DNA of 62,144 nt from a candidate division WOR-3 bacterium. GTDB lineage: Bacteria > Hydrothermota > Tepidihabitantia > SM23-42. Within the stretch, counting starts at the first letter, position 1. Every line of letters begins with the position of its first letter. Under the pieces are notes generated by a model. That model saw only the letters and a program-made list of their open reading frames with translations. It had not been told where the DNA came from and searched no databases. The stretch lies in contig CP070795.1 of the NCBI GenBank assembly GCA_020343455.1, positions 1,338,756 to 1,400,899 on the forward strand. The letters are read 5' to 3'. Of the stretch, positions 1 to 8,840 are shown one piece after another. The translations under genes and the position numbers were made by a program.

Positions 1-1
1 G

Positions 2-370
2 AAAGATAACGATCTCGGAGTCTCGGATGCATTGCTCAATTCATACTTGGAGAATGACATTTGTGCTGCTCTGCAAACGTACGAGCAATTGAAGCGGATG
101 CATGAGAAGTATATTAATATAGATGAATCGTTGTTGAATGAGATGGGCTACCGGCTCCTGAACGCGGGTAGAATCACGGAGGCGATTGCACTGCTTTCCG
201 TCGTTACTGCAGTATACCCCGATTCGTGGAATGCCTTTGACAGTCTCGGCGAAGCATACATGAAGGCGGGAGATGCCGAGGCGGCGACAATGTGTTACCG
301 AAGATCGTTGGAGTTGAATCCTGCGAACCGGAATGCAGCCGATGTGCTGATAGAACTGGATAGCAAATGA
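2..370 (+). CDS. TPR-repeat protein, C-terminal fragment (5' end lies outside the window)
   Basis: The reading frame is open from base 2. TPR-like helix pairs are present (AIALLSVVTAVYPDSWNAFDSLGEAYMKAGDAEAATMCYRRSLELNP). Confidence 0.6.
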   Translation, partial: KDNDLGVSDALLNSYLENDICAALQTYEQLKRMHEKYINIDESLLNEMGYRLLNAGRITEAIALLSVVTAVYPDSWNAFDSLGEAYMKAGDAEAATMCYRRSLELNPANRNAADVLIELDSK

Positions 371-458
371 TCGAGGGAGTGTATAATCGTATTGATAATC
401 GATGATTTCGGTATATAATATCCCTGACCGTGTGCAGTTCATGATAAGGAGGTAATTG

Positions 459-1442
459 ATGGCAGATCTGACCACGAGGTATATGGGTCTTGAATTACGA
501 AACCCTCTGATTGTAGCGAGTTGCAGTCTCGTGAACTCCGTTGAAGGGGTCCAGCGGTGTGCTGACGCGGGCGCGGGTGCGGTCGTACTCAAGTCACTGT
601 TCGAGGAACAGATCGAGTCCGATACGCGCGAGATCCAGAAACACGTGTGGCTTTCGGGTCACACCGAGGCATACGACTACGTGAGAAGGATTGGGATCGA
701 GGCCGGTGAGCAGGATTACCTCAGCCTCCTTGAACGGACGAAAAAAGCCGTGTCGATTCCGGTTATCGCCAGCATAAACTGTGTCACAGCTGACTGGTGG
801 GCAGACTACGCGCGAAAACTGGAGGCTGCCGGAGCAGACGGTGTTGAACTCAACATAGGGATTCTGCCGAGTGACCCGCGTCACAGTAGCAACGAGATCG
901 AAAAAATCTATTATGACATTGTGGAGGGTGTCCGCAAGAATGTCACAGTGCCCATCGCCGTGAAAATCGGCCCCTACTTTACGTCACTGGCGAGCGTGGC
1001 TGAGGCGCTGTGTGCAAGAGGCGCTTCGGCGCTTGTTCTTTTCAACCGCTTTTATCAGCTTGATATCAACATCGATAAGCTCAATCTTGTTCCTGGTTAC
1101 CGGTTCAGTACACCCGAAGAGATCAATGTCTCATTGCGCTGGATTTCTCTGCTTGCCGGCCGTGTGAAATGCGATCTTGCTGCAACCACCGGTGTTCATG
1201 ATGCGCCGGGTTTCATAAAACAACTGCTCGCCGGTGCTGCAGCGGTTCAGATCTGTTCTACTTTGTACAAACACGGAATAGGACATATTGCGCAGATCCT
1301 CAGCAACGTGGAACAGTGGATGAAGAAGCATCAGTTCGAATCCGTTACGCAGTTCCAGGGTAAACTGAGCCAGAAGGAGAGTGGGCAGCCTGAGTCATAT
1401 GAACGTCTTCAGTACGTAAAGGCGCTTGTCGGTATTGAATAG
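459..1442 (+). CDS. Dihydroorotate dehydrogenase-like (class 1 DHOD/DPD family) TIM-barrel flavoprotein paralogue
   Basis: The N-terminus LELRNPLIVASCS and later GADGVELN and GAAAVQICS segments are typical of class-1 DHOD-like proteins. AAGGAGG lies 6 nt upstream of the ATG at 459. The canonical ELNxSCPN catalytic loop is replaced by ELNIGILPSDP. Confidence 0.7.
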   Translation: MADLTTRYMGLELRNPLIVASCSLVNSVEGVQRCADAGAGAVVLKSLFEEQIESDTREIQKHVWLSGHTEAYDYVRRIGIEAGEQDYLSLLERTKKAVSIPVIASINCVTADWWADYARKLEAAGADGVELNIGILPSDPRHSSNEIEKIYYDIVEGVRKNVTVPIAVKIGPYFTSLASVAEALCARGASALVLFNRFYQLDINIDKLNLVPGYRFSTPEEINVSLRWISLLAGRVKCDLAATTGVHDAPGFIKQLLAGAAAVQICSTLYKHGIGHIAQILSNVEQWMKKHQFESVTQFQGKLSQKESGQPESYERLQYVKALVGIE

Positions 1443-1455
1443 GATGGATGAGTAA

Positions 1456-1971
1456 ATGGCGCTGGTTAAGTGTCGGGAATGTCATAAGGATGTAAGTACC
1501 GAAGCTCAACAGTGTCCGCATTGCGGAGTTCCGTTTCCAGCCAGGACGAAATGGCAAGGCCGCGGATTCGAGTGGAAGTCTAAGCAGACGGTCTACGGTT
1601 ATCCGCTGATCCATGTCGCGTTCGGCCGCGGCGCACAGAATAAGGTCCGGGTAGCAAAGGGAGTGATTGCAATAGGACAATTCGCCATCGGACTGGTGAC
1701 CTTTGCCCAGTTCGGCATTGGTATTCTTTTCGGTTTTGGGCAGTTCATACTGGGTTTGACCGGTATTGCGCAGTTTGCGGTGACGGGTTTGCTCGGCCTC
1801 GGACAGTTCGCGACCGGCTACATCGCAGTCGGGCAGTTTGCATTGGGCTATTATGTTCTTGCCCAGATCGGTTTCGCACGGTATATTTGGAGCCAGGCGG
1901 TCAAAGACCCTGAAGCGATTGAGTTTTTCCGTCAGTTGCTATCGACCGTGAAAGATCTTCTCCGCATTTGA
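1456..1971 (+). CDS. Zinc-ribbon membrane protein with repeated (G/A)QF-x2-G motifs
   Basis: The N-terminus carries CRECHK..x..CPHCG (a zinc ribbon). About seven hydrophobic repeats follow: GQFAIGLVTF, AQFGIGILFGF, GQFILGLTGI, AQFAVTGLLGL, GQFATGYIAV, GQFALGYYVL, AQIGFARY. Confidence 0.6.
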   Translation: MALVKCRECHKDVSTEAQQCPHCGVPFPARTKWQGRGFEWKSKQTVYGYPLIHVAFGRGAQNKVRVAKGVIAIGQFAIGLVTFAQFGIGILFGFGQFILGLTGIAQFAVTGLLGLGQFATGYIAVGQFALGYYVLAQIGFARYIWSQAVKDPEAIEFFRQLLSTVKDLLRI

Positions 1972-2012
1972 TCCAATCCCCACGATCAACAACAAAACGT
2001 GAAGAGTCTATA

Positions 2013-3632
2013 CTATAGGCTGAGTGCTTTGCGGATGAGGCAAATGGGTATTGAACCGAAATTGAGCAGGCTGTCGTGGAATTCCTTCAATTTGAATTTA
2101 TCACCCTGCTTTTTCTGGTAGTCGCTCTTCAGCTCAAGGATCTGCTTCTTTCCTATCAAGTAACTCATGGGCTGTGATGGCGTATAGGTATATCGTATCA
2201 CTTCTTTCTGAGCATGCACCCGTTCAAGTTTCGCATCGTTGACGAGTAGATCAACCGCCTCTTCATAACTCATCTTTTTCGTATGCAGCCCGACATCTAT
2301 TATGACACGGCAGGCACGCCATAATTGGTCCTTCAGCTGGAGTAACCTCGACCGCGGGTCTGAATAGAATCCTGCTTCATACATCATTTCTTCGCAATAT
2401 AGTGCCCAGCCCTCAATGAAGACGGTTGTTTCGAGGAGGCGCCTGAGTCTATTCTGTAGTCTATTGGCTATGACGAGCTGGAGGTGATGGCCGGGATAAC
2501 CTTCGTGCAATGCTGTCACGGGTATTCCAAATGTCGGATGTCCCCTGAGTATCTCTTCTTTTTCTCGATCAGAAAGGTTATCTTCGATGAGTGTGACGTA
2601 GAAGTGCCCTTTTTGCTGTTCTTCGAATTGTGCAGGGCTCATATATGCAGCATAAGGGATGACGGGACGGCTGAATGAAGGCGTTGGTATGACATCCAGA
2701 TGTTCGCCAGGAGGGACCGTAACCAGGTCTTTCTGCAGAATGAAGTTCCTGGCACATTCCATTTCTCTTTTGTAAGTCTGCAAAAGGTCGGAAGCCTCCG
2801 GGTGCTCTTCTTTGATGGCCTCTACGACCTCGAACCATGTTCTGCCTTTGTCGATGAGGTGTGCGGCCTGTCTGATGGCATCCTCGGTCCTCTTCTTCAT
2901 CGTATGGCCTATCTCGAGGATTTCCCGGGCGTCGTAAGGCAACATGTGGTCGTTCTTAAGTTTAAAATTGAAGAGTTCAGATCCGATGGCAAATTCCCCG
3001 GTCGATCGTGGGAGCAGATCTTTTTCCAGATATTGGCGATAGTCTTGCAGCGCTCTCAATGCCTTACCGCTGGCGGCTTCGAGCTCGTGCTTCAACGCGG
3101 GGACACTGGTGCCAAGTCGTGGAATGAGATCTTCAATGAAGGAAATACAACCGTCCGTCATTTGAATGCCCAGTGTAGCGAACAGCCGGGGACAGTCTGC
3201 CAGATTTCTCTGACCGGCCTCCAGAACGCGCGGTACTTTTTGTAATCTTGAAAGAATTGCCGACGCACGTTCACTGAGCGGAGCGAATTCTCTGACGAAC
3301 AGAAGGAACATCGAGTGCGCACAGAGTTGGGGATAGTAGGCCGCGTGTCTTCTCCAGAATATTATTTGCTCATAGTCTACGATTATAGATGCGATTTCAT
3401 TTCTCAACAGCTGTCGATCGATCTGCTCTTCATCGTTCAACTCTTCTTGCGGGATGCGGTCGAGTTCATCCAGATAACGTTTTCTTTGGTCGGTGATATC
3501 CTGAATAAAATCAGGTTGGACGTTGTCCAGTTCATGATCGTATTGGTGAATGCCGACGTACGTAGCAGTGAGCGGCGACGCTTTCCAATTGAATTTCAAG
3601 TATTCTTCTACGACATCTGCAAATCTTGACAT
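2013..3632 (-). CDS. DUF885 family protein (no signal peptide)
   Basis: Carries the HEGYPGHHLQ motif plus EGWALYCEEMM, the hallmark of DUF885. AGGAGG precedes the ATG. Confidence 0.8.
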   Translation of the reverse strand: MSRFADVVEEYLKFNWKASPLTATYVGIHQYDHELDNVQPDFIQDITDQRKRYLDELDRIPQEELNDEEQIDRQLLRNEIASIIVDYEQIIFWRRHAAYYPQLCAHSMFLLFVREFAPLSERASAILSRLQKVPRVLEAGQRNLADCPRLFATLGIQMTDGCISFIEDLIPRLGTSVPALKHELEAASGKALRALQDYRQYLEKDLLPRSTGEFAIGSELFNFKLKNDHMLPYDAREILEIGHTMKKRTEDAIRQAAHLIDKGRTWFEVVEAIKEEHPEASDLLQTYKREMECARNFILQKDLVTVPPGEHLDVIPTPSFSRPVIPYAAYMSPAQFEEQQKGHFYVTLIEDNLSDREKEEILRGHPTFGIPVTALHEGYPGHHLQLVIANRLQNRLRRLLETTVFIEGWALYCEEMMYEAGFYSDPRSRLLQLKDQLWRACRVIIDVGLHTKKMSYEEAVDLLVNDAKLERVHAQKEVIRYTYTPSQPMSYLIGKKQILELKSDYQKKQGDKFKLKEFHDSLLNFGSIPICLIRKALSL

Positions 3633-3687
3633 GAGACCTCCTGTTACGTGCGAATCAACGTGGCGGCGGTTGAAATCGCGTACCGTT

Positions 3688-3715
3688 AGAATACACCTGA
3701 ACGGTCTTTTGTCAA
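3688..3715 (-). promoter_or_regulatory. sigma70-type promoter for the DUF885 gene
   Basis: On the minus strand, TTGACA (3715-3710), a 16-nt spacer and TATTCT (3693-3688). A leader of about 55 nt containing AGGAGG follows. Confidence 0.55.
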
Positions 3716-3744
3716 GGTCGCATGTCAGCGGCGATTGAAGGATG

Positions 3745-3772
3745 TTGACAATGTCCGCCTGGCGCGTAGAAT
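3745..3772 (+). promoter_or_regulatory. sigma70-type promoter for the gene starting at 3798
   Basis: TTGACA (3745-3750), a 16-nt spacer and TAGAAT (3767-3772). It lies downstream of the ORF-track start at 3735, which argues that the true start is the ATG at 3798. Confidence 0.55.
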
Positions 3773-3797
3773 TCAGGAGTTAGGAGAAACCTTGAAG

Positions 3798-4718
3798 ATG
3801 TTGGCTGAACGTATCGTATCCGGAGCATTACTGGTTTCTATTCTATTGCTACACTGTGGGGAAGAGACGCTCGAAGTTGCAATCATCTATCCCGACCATG
3901 GGTCCGTGGTGGACGGGATCATACGGGTCGAGACCGAAACGAGCGACAAGGTGAGATGTGTCATCTTCTACGCGGATGGTGTATGTATTGATTCTTGCCG
4001 GGCGGCGCCATTCCTGTGCTGTTGGAACACATTTGTCCACTCGGACAATTCCGTGCACCATCTCTATGCGATAGCCGAGGATTTCTATGGCAATGGGATC
4101 TGTTCCGATTCTGTTCAGGTTGTCGTGGATAACGGTGATATCGTTTTCGCGGATGATTTTGAGCCATACCCGCCCCATACCTACCCGGACGCTGCTTGGT
4201 TTGAGATATGGTTGGGAGCAGGAAGCGACCATACGTATGTCGATGAGGGTATTGCCAATAAGGGTTTGCAGAGCATTCGGTTACGAGGGCTGGCATCGTG
4301 GGTGAGGACCGACGGGGTGGAATTGAATGTTGATGGCCTTGAGGAACTATCGTATGAGCTCAGTGTCATGATCCCGTCGGCAGATCCAACCGGCGCGATG
4401 TTTGGTTTCTTCTGCATGGTTGGTGCGCAGGTGGGGACGATATATAACGGCGTCTGGTTGAGGAGCGATGATAATTCCGTTTATGCGCGCGGGATTCTCG
4501 AGAGTTACACGGGATGCACGTGGCGCAATGACACATGGCATAGGGTGAGGGTCGCACTGGATTATGATCAGCTCAGAATGAATGTCTGGTTTGACGACGA
4601 ACAGATCGTCTTTGACCTGCCTGCAGCTCCCCGCGAATGGACCGACACATTTGCGTTGGCCACCGAATACGGCACGGCCGGCGTCGTCTATTACGATGAT
4701 GTGAGCGTGTCCGAATAA
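3798..4718 (+). CDS. Secreted or membrane-anchored hypothetical protein with an Ig-like domain and a ConA/LamG-like jelly-roll domain
   Basis: The hydrophobic N-terminus is MLAERIVSGALLVSILLL. An Ig-like segment (IIYPDHGSVVDGIIRVE...VVVDNG) is followed by a beta-rich C-terminal half. The start was moved to 3798 because of the upstream promoter and an AGGAGA Shine-Dalgarno sequence. Confidence 0.5.
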   Translation: MLAERIVSGALLVSILLLHCGEETLEVAIIYPDHGSVVDGIIRVETETSDKVRCVIFYADGVCIDSCRAAPFLCCWNTFVHSDNSVHHLYAIAEDFYGNGICSDSVQVVVDNGDIVFADDFEPYPPHTYPDAAWFEIWLGAGSDHTYVDEGIANKGLQSIRLRGLASWVRTDGVELNVDGLEELSYELSVMIPSADPTGAMFGFFCMVGAQVGTIYNGVWLRSDDNSVYARGILESYTGCTWRNDTWHRVRVALDYDQLRMNVWFDDEQIVFDLPAAPREWTDTFALATEYGTAGVVYYDDVSVSE

Positions 4719-4762
4719 TGAACATTGGCGTATGCCGCACGAGCCATGATGTTCATTGTCTC

Positions 4763-4790
4763 TTGACCCACAAAATACCACCGATATAAT
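4763..4790 (+). promoter_or_regulatory. sigma70-type promoter upstream of the purF-like gene
   Basis: TTGACC (4763-4768), a 16-nt spacer and TATAAT (4785-4790). The leader to the ATG at 4898 is about 100 nt. Confidence 0.55.
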
Positions 4791-4897
4791 ATATCTTCGT
4801 TACGTGGCCGTCTGTGCAATCGTGACGCTGTCTTCGTTTCGACAGTCTGCATAGAGCGATAGAATACAAGCGGCATCTCAGAAAGGGGGTACCAAGA

Positions 4898-6301
4898 ATG
4901 AGCGGTGTGGTTGGTATCATTGCAGATAAGGACTGCAAGGAAGATCTGTTCTACGCTACAGATTATCATTCACACTTGGGGACGTGTTTTGGTGGTATTG
5001 CGATCTCGGACGACAGGTCGCTTGCCAAGAAGATCCATAGCATTGCTCGGGCACAGTTCAAGTCGCGTTTCGACGAAGATATAGCTTTCATCGGCATGCA
5101 CGGCAATTCGGGTGTGGGTGTGATCAGCGACCGTGATACGCAACCTTTGATAATGAGGCTGAAATTCGGTGAATACGCCCTCTGCGGGACGGGGTACATT
5201 GACAATCAGAACGAGTTAGCCAGAAAGTTGATTCAAGACGGTGTGGTATTTTCGGAGATGCCTGATGGCAAGGTCAATCAGATCGAACTGGCTGCAAAGC
5301 TTATCAATAGAGGTAAGACTCTCGTCGACGGTATCGAGTATTTACACGGTCAGATTGATGGTTCGTTATCGCTCTTGCTCTTAGGCAAAGACGGTCTTTA
5401 TGCGGCAAGGGACAGGTATGGGCGAACACCGTTGGTCTTGGCTGAGAAGGATGGTTCAAAAATCGTTGCAACGGAGACGTGTTCATATAAGAATCTGGGT
5501 TTCAAAACAAGCAGGTACCTTGGTCCCGGAGAAATCGTGTTGGTTGAATCGCATAAGATTCGACAGTTGAGAAAACCTGATGATAGCCTCAAGCTGTGCG
5601 CATTCCTCTTCGTATATGCCGGATTCCCGGCATCTGAGTATGAGGGCGAAAATGTCGAAGTTTTCCGTGAGAAGTCAGGTAGGATCATCGCTCAAAATGA
5701 TCATGTGAGTGTCGATCTGGTAGCCGGCATTGCCGACTCTGGGACGGCTTACGCGCACGGTTACTCCCATGAGTCGGGCGTACCCGTAAAGATCCCTCTT
5801 TTGAAGTATACGCCCGGCTGGGCGCGCAGCTATGTACCACCGACGCAAGAGCGACGTGACCTCATCGCTTTGATGAAACAGATAGCGGCCGACGCTTTGA
5901 TCAAAGACCAGAGAATGGTCATAACCGAGGATTCTATAGTACGGGGTACCCAGCTGAGGAATTTCTTACTGGTGAAACTATGGGATGCTGGCGCTAGGGA
6001 GGTCCATGTCCGTCCGGCGTGCCCGGCATTGATGTTTCCCTGCAAGTATCTTTACTCAACACGGCAACTTGATGAACTTTTCGCGCGGCGTATACTAAAG
6101 GAGTTCCACGGTAAGCACACGGAGAGCATCGACCCCTATCTCGATGTAGAGACAAAGGAATACAAGAAGATGATCAGGGCCATGGAAAAAGATCTAAACG
6201 TAACATCCTTGAGGTTCCAACGACTCGAGGATATGGTTGCCGCGACGAATCTGCCAGCCGGAAGTCTGTGTAAATATTGTTGGACCGGCAAGACCGGCTG
6301 A
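4898..6301 (+). CDS. Amidophosphoribosyltransferase (PurF)-like protein with Ser in place of the N-terminal nucleophile Cys
   Basis: Has class II glutamine amidotransferase plus PRTase architecture. The PRTase loop is VITEDSIVRGTQ. Four Cys align with the PurF 4Fe-4S ligands (LKLCAF, FPCKY, CKYCWTG). The N-terminus reads MSGVVGI rather than MCG. Confidence 0.7.
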   Translation: MSGVVGIIADKDCKEDLFYATDYHSHLGTCFGGIAISDDRSLAKKIHSIARAQFKSRFDEDIAFIGMHGNSGVGVISDRDTQPLIMRLKFGEYALCGTGYIDNQNELARKLIQDGVVFSEMPDGKVNQIELAAKLINRGKTLVDGIEYLHGQIDGSLSLLLLGKDGLYAARDRYGRTPLVLAEKDGSKIVATETCSYKNLGFKTSRYLGPGEIVLVESHKIRQLRKPDDSLKLCAFLFVYAGFPASEYEGENVEVFREKSGRIIAQNDHVSVDLVAGIADSGTAYAHGYSHESGVPVKIPLLKYTPGWARSYVPPTQERRDLIALMKQIAADALIKDQRMVITEDSIVRGTQLRNFLLVKLWDAGAREVHVRPACPALMFPCKYLYSTRQLDELFARRILKEFHGKHTESIDPYLDVETKEYKKMIRAMEKDLNVTSLRFQRLEDMVAATNLPAGSLCKYCWTGKTG

Positions 6302-6324
6302 GTATTTGATCTTCTTCCACGTCT

Positions 6325-6352
6325 TGACAAAGTGCCCTGATCGAGTATCATT
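6325..6352 (+). promoter_or_regulatory. sigma70-type promoter upstream of rubrerythrin
   Basis: TTGACA (6325-6330), a 16-nt spacer and TATCAT (6347-6352). Confidence 0.5.
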
Positions 6353-6456
6353 GTCTTACATTCGCATGGGGATCAGGTGGAGTAATCCTCTCCGGTCTTT
6401 TTTTCTTTGGTTTCAGATTTCACGATAATCACCCTATTATTCAGGAGGTTTTTGAT

Positions 6457-7035
6457 ATGGGTAAGTCATTGAAAGGAAGTAAAACAGAGAAGAACCTGTT
6501 AGCGGCTTTTGCGGGCGAATCACAGGCCAGGAATAGATATACATACTTTGCTTCTAAGGCACGCAAAGAAGGCTATGAACAGATATCGGCAATATTCCTT
6601 GAGACGGCAGACAACGAAAAAGAACATGCCAAAGTCTTCTTCAAATATCTTGAGGGTGGCGAGGTTGAGATCACTGCCGGTTATCCGGCCGGAGTGATTG
6701 GGGACACCAAATCCAATCTCGAAGCCGCCGCAGATGGCGAGAAGATAGAATGGTCGACGTTGTATGCCAATTTCGGCAAGGTTGCTCAGGAAGAGGGTTT
6801 TCTTGAGGTCGCGCAGTCGTTTGAGCAGATCGCAAAGGTCGAGAAGTTCCACGAGTCGCGTTACCGGAAGTTGATCGACAACATTGCGAATAATGAGGTC
6901 TTCAAGAAGAAGAACACAGTGAAATGGCATTGCCGGAATTGCGGCTATGTGCATGAGGGAGCAGAACCTCCCAAGGAATGCCCGGCGTGTAAGCACCCCA
7001 TTTCTCATTACGAGGTTTTGGCCGAAAACTTCTGA
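6457..7035 (+). CDS. rbr: Rubrerythrin
   Basis: Ferritin-like diiron helices are present (EKNLLAAFAGESQARNRY, DNEKEHAKVF). The C-terminal rubredoxin-like domain reads CRNCGY...CPACKHP. AGGAGG Shine-Dalgarno sequence. Confidence 0.9.
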   Translation: MGKSLKGSKTEKNLLAAFAGESQARNRYTYFASKARKEGYEQISAIFLETADNEKEHAKVFFKYLEGGEVEITAGYPAGVIGDTKSNLEAAADGEKIEWSTLYANFGKVAQEEGFLEVAQSFEQIAKVEKFHESRYRKLIDNIANNEVFKKKNTVKWHCRNCGYVHEGAEPPKECPACKHPISHYEVLAENF

Positions 7036-7292
7036 TGGGCATAGCAGCGTTGGTTGCCTGTATTAGTCAGATGAGGGAGGTTGGTGTGAAATTGAATATG
7101 AGTATGTGGGACCGCTTAATCAGGATACTGATCACTGTGGTGATCGTAATATTGCTCATTGCCGATGTGTTGAAAGGAATGCTCGGAGTCGTCCTTGGTA
7201 TCATCGCGATCGTCTTTCTTGCGACGAGTGTGATCGGATTTTGCCCTCTTTACGTCATCTTCGGCTTCTCGACTAAGAAAAAGATACCGTAG
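7035..7292 (+). CDS. DUF2892 (YgaP-like) small membrane protein
   Basis: WDRLIRILI followed by two TM helices ending in GFCPLY is typical of DUF2892. The real start is probably internal (GTG 7086 or ATG 7098), after a GGGAGG sequence. Confidence 0.6.
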   Translation: MGIAALVACISQMREVGVKLNMSMWDRLIRILITVVIVILLIADVLKGMLGVVLGIIAIVFLATSVIGFCPLYVIFGFSTKKKIP

Positions 7293-7388
7293 CCTTACCG
7301 TCGTTCACATCCTGTCGACCGTGCCGGGGCTCAGCTACCGTTGAATAGGACAGGTCGCGCTAGTTTGCACACCCTATCGTGGAAATTA

Positions 7389-8840
7389 TCATTCTCTCAG
7401 CAGCATGACCTGCCGGTTCTCATTGCCTTTATCTGTGATGATGGTGCAAATGTAAACCCCTGAACTGAGTGCGTTACCCATGTCATCCCTGCCGTCCCAG
7501 ATGACTGATGCCTCTTGCGCTACCTCCGGTAGGTTGTCGGTCAGATCCCTTACCCTCCGTCCGACAATGTCATATACAATCAATCTGACAGTACGGTGGC
7601 CGCTGGGGACTTCGTATCTGATATTAGTACGTTGCCCGAAGGGATTGGGGTAGCTCTCGAGAAGGATTCGATCGTTGGGTGGCGGTAGGGTCTTGTCTTC
7701 TTCAATTTGCAACGGGACGTCAGGAAGTACCGTGCTTCCCGGACCGCCGTAAGCACCCATGTCGTTTCTCAATAAGCCAAGCGATGGCCACAGCGCGTAC
7801 CCTGGGTTGAGGGTGTCTTCAGGGTCATCATATGCGGCACTTGTGTCACCCGCATCGATGCAGGGAGAGTTCGTTGACAGGTACAGATTCTGTGCCTCAA
7901 ATAAGGGATCGGCGTCGATGTTTCCTTCGCCCGCATGACCGCCTTGTATGTCCGAGTAGGTAATTAAGACCACGCCACCCGTTTGGAGTATCTGGGCAAT
8001 TTCATTATCCCAGATGATATTGTTGCGAAGTGTAGCATTGGCGGCCCAAAATCGTATTCCTCCGCCAGTTGCGTACTGTCCGGGTGAATTGTACACGATG
8101 GTGTTGTTATTCAGAATCTTCGGATGGGTTCCATTTTCAAGAATCCACAGTCCACCACCACCGCCGTATGCATCGCCGGCAGAGTTGTGGGCGATTATGT
8201 TATTGCGAACATTAGCTCCCGTGTAATTCAAGACGATGCCTCCGCCGTAAAGTGCCGAATTGAAGACGATGATATTGTTGGCAATATCCGGGTCACCGTC
8301 ACCGCAGCGTATGGCACCTCCTCCCGTACTTATCACTCCTGTTTGGTCTGTTATGTGATTATCTCTTATGATGTTATGCCTTATTCTCGGCGAAAGATAC
8401 TGAATGAGTATGCCGCCGCCTTCACGATACAGTCCTGCCCCGTGTTCATCGAGCCATTTCGTTCCTGTCCCGCCCATGATGGTGAAACCAATGAGCGCGG
8501 CCGAAGTATCGGCGGTCGTATACGCGCTGTCGCTGACGATGAGAACGCAGCTTCCCGTATCAGGATCCAAAGGATTGCTGCCATCGATGATCGTCTGCTC
8601 GATGATCATTGGGTCGGGATCTAGTATGTAGTGGCTCGCGACGACGAGGCCCTTCTCGCGAAAATGTATGTTCTCTTGGTACGTACCGGCTGCAACGAGA
8701 ATGGTATCATTGCTGGCTGCTGCATTGATACCTGCTTGTATAGTGGGTTGTTCTCCTGGAACGTTTATGATTGTTCCGAACAGAGGTACAACGACTAGCA
8801 ATGCAATTACCGTGATCTTCCTAACGTAGGTAAACATCAT
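7389..8840 (-). CDS. Right-handed parallel beta-helix repeat protein with a T9SS C-terminal sorting domain
   Basis: Repeated NNII-x-x-N beta-helix turns are present (IRHNIIRDN, IANNIIVFN, VRNNIIAHN, LRNNIIWDN). There is a signal peptide, and the C-terminus is YPNPFGQRTNIRYEV...GVYICTI. The start was set at ATG 8840, which overlaps the upstream stop codon as ATGA and follows AGGAGG. Confidence 0.75.
   Translation of the reverse strand: MMFTYVRKITVIALLVVVPLFGTIINVPGEQPTIQAGINAAASNDTILVAAGTYQENIHFREKGLVVASHYILDPDPMIIEQTIIDGSNPLDPDTGSCVLIVSDSAYTTADTSAALIGFTIMGGTGTKWLDEHGAGLYREGGGILIQYLSPRIRHNIIRDNHITDQTGVISTGGGAIRCGDGDPDIANNIIVFNSALYGGGIVLNYTGANVRNNIIAHNSAGDAYGGGGGLWILENGTHPKILNNNTIVYNSPGQYATGGGIRFWAANATLRNNIIWDNEIAQILQTGGVVLITYSDIQGGHAGEGNIDADPLFEAQNLYLSTNSPCIDAGDTSAAYDDPEDTLNPGYALWPSLGLLRNDMGAYGGPGSTVLPDVPLQIEEDKTLPPPNDRILLESYPNPFGQRTNIRYEVPSGHRTVRLIVYDIVGRRVRDLTDNLPEVAQEASVIWDGRDDMGNALSSGVYICTIITDKGNENRQVMLLRE

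Noticed and set aside
4717-4756. A 9-bp stem-loop (AATGAACAT...ATGTTCATT) right after the stop codon of the 3798-4718 gene, considered as a terminator.
   Set aside because: The stem is AT-rich, the loop is 22 nt and no T-tract follows. It may still slow or stop transcription, but it is not a convincing intrinsic terminator.
4791-4897. A purine or ZTP riboswitch in the leader of about 100 nt ahead of the purF-like gene.
   Set aside because: I could not find the conserved cores of the guanine/adenine or ZTP (pfl) riboswitches by eye. Only a short hairpin (CTGTC...GACAG) is present. An Rfam scan would be needed.
6353-6456. A possible transcription attenuator or PerR/Fur box in the rubrerythrin leader (a T-tract at 6396-6406 and ATAAT...ATTAT at about 6426-6441).
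   Set aside because: Only a 4-5 bp stem can be drawn before the T-tract, and the inverted repeat is only 5 bp. This is too weak to call without comparative data.
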